Source of the DNA: Promethearchaeota archaeon CR_4
GTDB taxonomy: Archaea; Asgardarchaeota; Lokiarchaeia; Sigyniarchaeales; CR-4
Assembly (NCBI GenBank): GCA_001940655.1
Contig: MBAA01000065.1
Location: 6,144 to 12,454 of the forward strand
Direction of reading: 5' to 3'
Length of the DNA: 6,311 nucleotides
Shown here: positions 1 through 5,150 of the stretch, piece after piece
Layout of the letters: every line of letters begins with the position of its first letter
Position numbering within the stretch: position 1 is the stretch's first letter
Position numbers and translations under genes: made by a program
The notes under the pieces: model-generated
What the model was told of the DNA's origin: nothing
What the model saw: the letters and a program-made list of their open reading frames with translations, nothing else
Database searches by the model: none

Positions 1-384
1 TAACAAGAACGTGCCAGTACCCAAGACGCTGGCCATGAACAAGTGTATCGGATCGATTCCCTCGTGACTTAAGTAATCCGCAGACAACACTGCCAGGAAA
101 GAGATTGGGACAATGAGGCCAATGCTTGCCAAGAAAATGTTCGCACTAAAGGTTTCTTGGTATAACGGGGACACTGGGATAATAAAAATTACTTGAGATA
201 ACGTGAGGGCTAGACTCCAGATAAATGAAATTGCGAACCAGCTAAAAATAAGGAGGGAGGTGAGGTGTCGTTCGCGCCGATATTGTCGCACCGTTAAAAA
301 TGCTGCGTATCCTGCGGGAATTAGCGATAGACTCCCAAGCACCGCAGATATCATCCCAAATGAACCGCTTAATACCACTGGCAT
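1..384 (-). CDS. Multi-TM integral membrane protein, N-terminal 128 codons only. The C-terminus lies beyond the left window edge.
   Basis: The minus-strand frame is open from the ATG (reverse complement of cat at 382..384) to position 1. An in-frame stop lies just upstream at 406..408. This ORF is absent from the supplied track because it has no stop in the window. Translation begins MPVVLSGSFGMISAVLGSLSLIPAGYAAFLTVRQYRRERHLTSLLIFSWFAISFIWSLALTLSQVIFIIP..., which gives several hydrophobic helices separated by short charged loops. Confidence 0.6.
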   Translation of the reverse strand, partial: MPVVLSGSFGMISAVLGSLSLIPAGYAAFLTVRQYRRERHLTSLLIFSWFAISFIWSLALTLSQVIFIIPVSPLYQETFSANIFLASIGLIVPISFLAVLSADYLSHEGIDPIHLFMASVLGTGTFLL

Positions 385-610
385 AATAAACCCTTCAGAG
401 TTAATTCATTCTCCCGCTTAGACAATAATAATGTTTCCCTCCACAAAATGTGCACATAGTCTACAATTCTTTGGACTGTGCCCTCATCCAAGAACGAAAT
501 ATCTCTAGACCCAATTGAAATATTCAAAAAATAGAACGACCCACATTAATGGAATACTACGCTGCTTCGGTTCTCCTGCCAAGTTGGATATGGAGTTTCC
601 TTCATTTTTT

Positions 611-1120
611 CTATAAATCTAAGATCAGCGTGTTAATTACCTGCGGAAAGTCACCTGTTGGCCGATATACATCTTCCGTGATTGTTCCTGAGAGTTTCCC
701 GATCGCTATAAGGCTAACCACATTCTGTCGAAAGGTCTTTACACTCATACCCATTGCATTGGCGAGGTATTGGAGCTCGATCGCCCCTTGCGAATTCGCC
801 ATCCCAAGAAGCTCGCCGTGGAGGTTTGGGTTTAGTGTCCGCTTTATTTTCACAGCTTCCCTCTCTCTATCGACTCTCACAATTGCAAAAATCAAACCAG
901 CTACGCCGAAAGCAAGCAAACCACAAGCGATCAACCAAAACGCTTGCGGGCCATAATTAATCACCATAAATGGGGTCATGAAAACTATGACGATGATGCC
1001 GGAAATAACCAAACACCATCCCCTAACCAGAGCATTTGTTCGCAACATTTTTCTAGGTTCCTTTTTTATGATTGGGTTAATTCTTCCCCTTGAAACGTAT
1101 CCACTTCTATAAGAAGGCAC
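611..1120 (-). CDS. Hypothetical membrane-anchored protein with a C-terminal winged-helix-like domain. The true start is probably the internal ATG at 1048.
   Basis: This is a 169-aa ORF. The track start at 1120 is a GTG, and the ATG at 1048 (MLRTNALVRGW...) is preceded by aaaaaggaacc. Two hydrophobic helices are present (WCLVISGIIVIVFMTPFMVI and AFWLIACGLLAFGVAGLIFAIV). They are followed by a soluble tail, LLGMANSQGAIELQYLANAMGMSVKTFRQNVVSLIAIGKLSGTITEDVY, with a helix-turn-helix/wing pattern. The antisense ORFs 549..956 and 754..960 have junk-like Ser/Arg/Cys-rich composition. Confidence 0.6.
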   Translation of the reverse strand: MPSYRSGYVSRGRINPIIKKEPRKMLRTNALVRGWCLVISGIIVIVFMTPFMVINYGPQAFWLIACGLLAFGVAGLIFAIVRVDREREAVKIKRTLNPNLHGELLGMANSQGAIELQYLANAMGMSVKTFRQNVVSLIAIGKLSGTITEDVYRPTGDFPQVINTLILDL

Positions 1121-1310
1121 ATTTTATTATAAAGTCTCAGGATAAAAAGATTTCGTATAATATCTGAGAGGACAACTACCGTCTTCAAAAGCCGGCACGG
1201 TTTCACTGTCAAACCTACGTTTAGGAAAAGGGCGTAAGTCTAAAAATTGCCTCTGAAAATCCCGAGAAAGGCCTAATTTCAAAAATAAAAATTTGTGAAG
1301 GATGAAATGT

Positions 1311-1320
1311 CAAAAGAAAA
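1311..1320 (-). terminator. Oligo-T tract (tttttctttt on the minus strand), the first T-run downstream of the 5S locus.
   Basis: Archaeal RNA polymerase terminates at oligo-T. No T-run exists between the conventional 5S 3' end (1381) and this tract, so the transcript should include the downstream 5' arm segment. Confidence 0.4.
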
Positions 1321-1351
1321 AGGATTGTCCCGCCGCCAGAGAACGCCGCGC

Positions 1352-1500
1352 TTTCCGATGTGCCTATGGCCGTCCTAAGTAGACAGCTTCACTGTTCCCA
1401 CAGCTTTTGCCTGCAGTACTTGATAGTGAACGGCACAACGCTTAACTTCCGAGTTCGGGACGGGTTCGGGTGTTTTCGGGCGGGCTCGACGTGAGCCTGC
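1352..1500 (-). rRNA. 5S rRNA locus. A canonical core (loop B to helix I 3' strand, 1477..1381) is followed by a 5-nt linker and then the canonical 5' arm (1375..1352), so the order appears circularly permuted.
   Basis: The minus strand reads cacccgaacccgtcccgaactcggaagttaag (1472..1441), the universal 5S helix III/loop C signature with the AA bulge. A loop-E-type AGUA (1420..1417) lies opposite GAA (1397..1395). Helix IV pairs 1416..1411 with 1403..1398, and helix V pairs 1430..1425 with 1393..1388. The ggacggccatagg motif typical of 5S 5' ends sits downstream at 1375..1363. Confidence 0.8.
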
Positions 1501-1541
1501 ATTCCCCGGCGACCTTCGGTAAGGTGTGGAGTCCTGCCCGC

Positions 1542-1549
1542 TATAAAAA
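1542..1549 (-). promoter_or_regulatory. Candidate archaeal TATA box for the 5S transcription unit, with an A-rich BRE-like stretch upstream.
   Basis: The minus strand reads gaacaaaatttttatagcggg. The tttttata element would place a start site near 1517..1520, about 40 nt upstream of the 5S core. This call is motif-based only. Confidence 0.35.
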
Positions 1550-1816
1550 TTTTGTTCTTTCTCAATAGTTCGGACTCTTGTGAATGGAGATTTTTTGCAA
1601 GACCGGTCTGAATAAACTCAGGTGGTATCAATTCGTGGGGTCTAAGCCGAAGCAAGACTAAATTTGGGAGAAAGGGCTAACTCATTTAACTTACGTTTTT
1701 AAAAAGCAAAAAAACAAGGGAAGGTTGAAATTTGAAAAAAAAATCGGCCGAACTTGGTTGAACTTGACAGATTATTTAGTCTATAACACCCGCACAACCC
1801 GAGGTGATTATTCACA

Positions 1817-2269
1817 ATGATTTCGGCTAGAATAATGTCGAAAATACTGATGATACTTTTCCTACTGACAGTCCTGTTGTCCTATGTTCCAATGCAAGCT
1901 GGAGAGGAAATGCAAGTAAGAATCATAAGTTATACTTTCCCAGCTAGGCCCTTACTATCCGGAAATGCCTTTTGGATTGCAATCGGGGCCGTCAGCTGTT
2001 ATGTGGTTAGAGGCGGAGATTTTATAGTTCTCATCGTTATATTAGGGGTCACCATTGGTATAAGTGTCGGGGTTGGAGAAATTTCGACTCACCGAATAAA
2101 TGTCCGAATTGAACAAGCGCTAAAAGAAATCCGAGATCTGTTGTGGGAAGTTCTTGCCGTACGGGAAATTTTTGGACACGATGAAAGAAAGCAGGTAACC
2201 CCGGGTGAGGATACGTGTAAAACACGTGTAACGATTTTTGATGATACTGAGAGGAAAATTAATGGTTAA
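1817..2269 (+). CDS. Hypothetical small membrane or secreted protein, 150 aa.
   Basis: The ATG is preceded by a strong SD-like gaggtga (1801..1807) at 9 nt spacing. An N-terminal signal or anchor is present (MSKILMILFLLTVLLSYVPMQA), followed by two further hydrophobic helices (FWIAIGAVSCYVV and FIVLIVILGVTIGISVGVG) and a charged C-terminal tail. I recognise no family. Confidence 0.6.
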   Translation: MISARIMSKILMILFLLTVLLSYVPMQAGEEMQVRIISYTFPARPLLSGNAFWIAIGAVSCYVVRGGDFIVLIVILGVTIGISVGVGEISTHRINVRIEQALKEIRDLLWEVLAVREIFGHDERKQVTPGEDTCKTRVTIFDDTERKING

Positions 2270-2299
2270 TATAATTAAAGGGGAAAAAGAAAACCGAGA

Positions 2300-2306
2300 A
2301 TTTTTT
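2300..2306 (+). terminator. T7 tract about 30 nt after the stop of the 1817..2269 gene.
   Basis: The sequence is gaaaaccgagaatttttttcag. This is an oligo-T terminator candidate based on the motif alone. Confidence 0.3.
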
Positions 2307-2314
2307 TCAGTTTC

Positions 2315-2639
2315 TTAAGCACGCTCGGCGCTTTCGCCATAGGAATACTCCCATCGTGAAAATTGCACACCCGCTGAGTAATGTTTCGGAGTATCCCGGG
2401 AACCATTGCCATCCGGAGTGTCATCAGGTGGTGCTTCTCCGACCACCGTTATCGTCTAAGGTGCTAATCACTAAATCGGCATAATAATCCCCAACAATTT
2501 CTGCTGCGGTTTCGATGGTTTCATTCGGCTCGTAATCACCAGGTGCCGCTGTAACGCTTGGGGTGTTCCAATATTATATGATCAAGGAAATTCCCATCAA
2601 TAGTGCTAAAGTCAAGCTAAACTTCCAATATCTATGCAT
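2315..2639 (-). pseudogene. Decayed gene for a small secreted protein. A signal peptide is followed by an in-frame TAA, and a frameshift lies further downstream.
   Basis: The minus-strand ATG at 2639 encodes MHRYWKFSLTLALLMGISLII, then TAA (2576..2574). The same frame continues as YWNTPSVTAAPGDYEPNETIETAAEIVGDYYADLVISTLDDNGGRRSTT and stops at 2426..2424. A shifted frame then continues as VVGEAPPDDTPDGNGSRDTPKHYSAGVQFSRWEYSYGESAERA and stops at 2317..2315. The DYEPN..A motif resembles the start of pre-peptidase C-terminal-type domains of secreted proteins. Confidence 0.35.
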
Positions 2640-2871
2640 ATTTGGGCCCTCCATTTTCATTAAATGGTGTAATCTGTTTAAATTGCTACATTAATAGTTC
2701 TCTCCTATTACATTTTAAATTCTTCAATTCATTGCACCTTTTTCCGTCCTTCGTTCCTATTTGCACGATTTAGGAGGACGACTTTTAGGTTAAAGGGAGA
2801 ACGTTGACTAAAGGGGAATACAAGAGAGAGAAAATTAGTGGTGGGAACCTCGTTTGGAGGTTGCACGACCC

Positions 2872-2893
2872 AGGGGGGAGGAGAGGAGGAGGG
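2872..2893 (+). repeat. 22-nt pure homopurine tract containing a perfect 13-nt mirror repeat, ggaggagaggagg (2877..2889).
   Basis: Read directly from the sequence: aggggggaggagaggaggaggg. More purine-only runs lie just upstream (aagagagagaaaa, 2822..2834). The tract sits in a gap with no convincing gene. Confidence 0.9.
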
Positions 2894-3207
2894 CGAAATC
2901 TTAAACAACAGAATTTCGTAAAAAATGGGTCGCAACTAGCTCCCGGCGTCCCCACCAAGTTTCTGATTGCAGCTTTCGGATATAAAAACCTGTTGGTTCC
3001 CCTATCCGCCAATGATAAAATGGATAGATCATAGATGCGAAGTGGTCTGTCTAGGATACAAATTACCATTGTAGGTGGGATTAAATCCTGATGAAATCGC
3101 CTGAGGAGGACGAGAATCCACGATAGGCCCACTATAATTAAAAGCATGTTTGACACTATCTTGAAAATGGAGAACTCAACCCATAAAGGCGCGATCTGGA
3201 TCGAACT

Positions 3208-3450
3208 ATGGACTACATAAGAGCTTTAATCTTCATTCGCTTGAAGCAAGAACAAATGCCGGCATTTCTCACGTTAATTCAGGGCCTACCCCAAGTGAGA
3301 CAATATTACGCGTTGACTGGGGAATTCGATGGATTGCTAGAGGTAGAAACGCGTTCCATCGAGGAGCTCTACACCCTCAACCTCCAATATTTTCAAGGAT
3401 TTAGCGGTTTACAGCACACCAACACGCACATTGTTGTTATGAGAATCTAA
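3208..3450 (+). CDS. Stand-alone RAM domain protein (Lrp/AsnC C-terminal ligand-binding domain with no DNA-binding HTH), 80 aa.
   Basis: The sequence is IRALIFIRLKQEQMPAFLTLIQGLPQVRQYYALTGEFDGLLEVETRSIEELYTL...GLQHTNTHIVV. It matches the beta-alpha-beta-beta-alpha-beta AsnC_trans_reg pattern, including the hallmark (V/L)TGxxD(x)(L/I) segment. At 80 aa the protein is too short to carry an HTH. Confidence 0.85.
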   Translation: MDYIRALIFIRLKQEQMPAFLTLIQGLPQVRQYYALTGEFDGLLEVETRSIEELYTLNLQYFQGFSGLQHTNTHIVVMRI

Positions 3451-3493
3451 GCATGAATTCAGGTGAAAAAAGGGAAAAAAGGAGTCGTAGCGA

Positions 3494-4846
3494 ATGCTAA
3501 TTCAGCTACTTTGTTTGTTCCTCGTCAATTTTTTATTCGGAATTGCGCCGTTATTCGTGAATGAGTTGAAAGAGATATCCGTGTTTAGTCTCTCCTTCTT
3601 TCGATTCGCGGGGTCGGCCATCTTTGAAATCATCATCATCTTTGCAGTGATAGCGTGGTTGTCCCGGAGATTTCGCAAAGCTGGGATTCAGAAGGGTTTC
3701 TTAACACTGGTGCGGCAATCCTTTCGAAATTATTTCAAAGCCCGGAATCCACATTTTCTTAACGGCAAATCACAACTGGGATACCTCGCGTTCTTGGGTT
3801 TTTTGTTGGGGAATATTTCCATTCCTTTTTATTTCCTGAGTTATTTGGAAGCGGGTGTGGTCATGTCCACGATCTTCGTCAATGCCTTGACTTTGATTCT
3901 CATTTCCGCGGTAAATTGGGCCAAAGGGGAAGAACATATGGACCTTCTAAAGATTATCGACCTCACCCTTTTAATTGCCGCAGTGTTCGCCATCGCATAT
4001 GGAAATCAAGGAAAACCTCCGGGTTCTTTGACAATTCTGCCCATTCTCCTCATCGGAATAACAATCGTAGTATATTCAACTTTTCTCATAATGCTCGGGC
4101 GAGACACCTCCCAACAGACAGAACTGGTCGAAGACGTGCGATTTGCTGACCTGCCGAAAACCCCGCAACTTGAGAGAGCAGCCTTATTTCTCCGAGTTAT
4201 GTTAAAATTATTCGGCATACACATATTAGGGGCAGTATTGCTAATCCCGTGGACGTTTTTGTTGTCAGTGGTCACCCCGGCTACTCCCATTGGAATACAT
4301 GCCCAAACTTTTATTACTCAAGACCTCTTCCAGAGCTTCTCACATTTCCTCAATCCTGCAATCTTAGGCCTGATCGTGTTATGCACGACCCTTCCCTATT
4401 TCCTTTTAGTCTTTTCCGCAATTACATGGCCGAAAAACGCGTTAAAACACGAAATTTGGACGTCCGTCTTTACCCTCGTAGATCCTTTAGTGGGCCTCTA
4501 CATCGGCCTCTTCGTCTGGAAGGACAATATTCGGGCAGATTACGTGGCCTTCACAACCATTTTCTTAATTGCGGGGATAGTCATCCGGTATTTCTACGAA
4601 ACGGTGAACGCCCGCCGATTTCTCTTCGTCATTTCATTAAAGCAAAATTATTTTACCCAATTTGTCACGATCCTCCGAAAGATCAAGGAAATCGACCAGT
4701 TCAACGTGGTATTGGGGACTTACGACGTGATCTTGCACCTGACCGTCCGATCAATGGCCCGATTGGGAGAGATCTCGAATCAGATCAATTATTTTCCAGG
4801 CGTTGAGAAAGCCTATTACTCGGTTGAAAAGTTGATGAAAAAATAA
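3494..4846 (+). CDS. DMT superfamily (EamA-like, 5+5 TM) transporter with a C-terminal fused RAM (Lrp/AsnC ligand-binding) domain, 450 aa.
   Basis: An SD-like aaggag (3479..3484) precedes the ATG. About ten hydrophobic helices fall into two halves, each with an EamA-like pattern. The first half has FGIAPLFVNELKE..S..FFRF and ends in LILISAVNWAKGEE. The second half has TTLPYFLLVFSAITW...LVDPLVGLYIGLFVWKDNI. The last ~77 residues, FLFVISLKQNYFTQFVTILRKIKEIDQFNVVLGTYDVILHLTVRSMARLGEISNQINYFPGVEKAYYSV, form a RAM fold paralogous to the two flanking small proteins. Confidence 0.88.
   Translation: MLIQLLCLFLVNFLFGIAPLFVNELKEISVFSLSFFRFAGSAIFEIIIIFAVIAWLSRRFRKAGIQKGFLTLVRQSFRNYFKARNPHFLNGKSQLGYLAFLGFLLGNISIPFYFLSYLEAGVVMSTIFVNALTLILISAVNWAKGEEHMDLLKIIDLTLLIAAVFAIAYGNQGKPPGSLTILPILLIGITIVVYSTFLIMLGRDTSQQTELVEDVRFADLPKTPQLERAALFLRVMLKLFGIHILGAVLLIPWTFLLSVVTPATPIGIHAQTFITQDLFQSFSHFLNPAILGLIVLCTTLPYFLLVFSAITWPKNALKHEIWTSVFTLVDPLVGLYIGLFVWKDNIRADYVAFTTIFLIAGIVIRYFYETVNARRFLFVISLKQNYFTQFVTILRKIKEIDQFNVVLGTYDVILHLTVRSMARLGEISNQINYFPGVEKAYYSVEKLMKK
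4613..4843 (+). other. RAM (AsnC_trans_reg-like) domain segment within the transporter CDS, residues about 374..450.
   Basis: It begins directly after the last TM helix (IAGIVIRYFYETVNARR) and contains the LGTYDVILHL motif, equivalent to LTGEFDGLLEV and VTGEIDGVIEL in the neighbouring genes. Confidence 0.75.
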
Positions 4847-4853
4847 GGATGAC

Positions 4854-5147
4854 ATGACAGTGACTGAAAAAATCCGCGCGTTGTGTTTTGTCTGGCTCGA
4901 ACAGACGAAGTTGCAACCCTTTTTAGATAATTTGAAGAATTTCCACCAAGTAAAACGTTATTATGCGGTGACGGGCGAAATTGATGGCGTTATCGAACTT
5001 GAAGTCGAGCAAATGGGAGACTTATTTGACGTAATTAAAAAGTTAGACTTGATGGAAGGTTTGAAAACCGAAACCCACATCGTCCTCAGGCAATTCGACA
5101 TGAATATTCCCAAATGCATCGAGGAGAATGTGAGTCCCAAGAAGTAG
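4854..5147 (+). CDS. Second stand-alone RAM domain protein, 97 aa, a paralog of the 3208..3450 product.
   Basis: The start lies 7 nt after the transporter stop, with aagga just upstream. The sequence is IRALCFVWLEQTKLQPFLDNLKNFHQVKRYYAVTGEIDGVIELEVEQMGDLFDVIKKLDLMEGLKTETHIVL. By eye it is roughly 40 percent identical to the first RAM protein over about 54 aligned residues. Confidence 0.85.
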   Translation: MTVTEKIRALCFVWLEQTKLQPFLDNLKNFHQVKRYYAVTGEIDGVIELEVEQMGDLFDVIKKLDLMEGLKTETHIVLRQFDMNIPKCIEENVSPKK

Positions 5148-5150
5148 ACA

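Noticed and set aside
203-421. 72-aa plus-strand ORF with a GTG start
   Set aside because: It is antisense to the better-supported minus-strand membrane protein ORF (1..384) and has an Arg/Cys-rich, junk-like composition.
549-960. Plus-strand ORFs 549..956 and 754..960
   Set aside because: Both are antisense to the 611..1120 gene. They have Ser/Arg/Cys/Pro-rich composition and no recognisable domain, whereas the minus-strand product has clean TM helices and a folded-looking tail.
1136-1170. Imperfect inverted repeat tctcaggat ... atctgaga
   Set aside because: The stem has about 8 bp with a bulge, and the AT-rich loop is about 17 nt. It is not followed by a T-run in either orientation, which is too weak to call a terminator or operator.
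1329-1520. Canonical bulge-helix-bulge (BHB) splice motif formed by the 5S leader and trailer
   Set aside because: I tried several registers, for example H1 tcgg/ccga with 3-nt bulges and a 4-bp central helix, and none gives a proper BHB. Only generic GC-rich complementarity is present. One candidate is cccgcc/ggcggg. Another is gaaggtcgc (1517..1509) with gcggcgttc (1349..1341), and that pair is not nested with the first. A processing mechanism is therefore left open.
1389-1655. 88-aa minus-strand ORF from the track
   Set aside because: It lies directly over the 5S rRNA core and its leader. The translation (RRGMQAHVEPARKHPNPSRTRK...) is just the GC-rich rRNA read as protein.
2949-2958. gtccccacca, resembling a tRNA acceptor 3' end with CCA
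   Set aside because: The upstream sequence (gggtcgcaactagctcccgg) has no T-arm or TTCRA loop, and no D or anticodon arms can be drawn.
3089-3104. C/D-box sRNA-like tgatga followed by ctga
   Set aside because: Only 6 nt separate the boxes, whereas guides are about 12 nt, and there is no C'/D' pair or terminal stem. A similar tgatga (1848..1853) with ctga (1865..1868) lies inside the 1817..2269 CDS and also lacks the second box pair.
2729-3156. ORFs 2729..2935 (-), 2785..3156 (-) and 2804..3034 (+)
   Set aside because: They overlap one another on both strands, and their low-complexity PPPLLPP and GGRRGGGR stretches come from the homopurine tract. I found no family resemblance. Only the first ~20 hydrophobic residues of the 123-aa ORF look protein-like, so I flag the region as a finding instead of calling genes.
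3916-4806. ORFs 3916..4149 (+), 4006..4290 (-) and 4249..4806 (+)
   Set aside because: All three are nested in alternative frames or antisense within the 450-aa transporter CDS. Their Arg/Ser/Pro-rich sequences are typical of off-frame translation.
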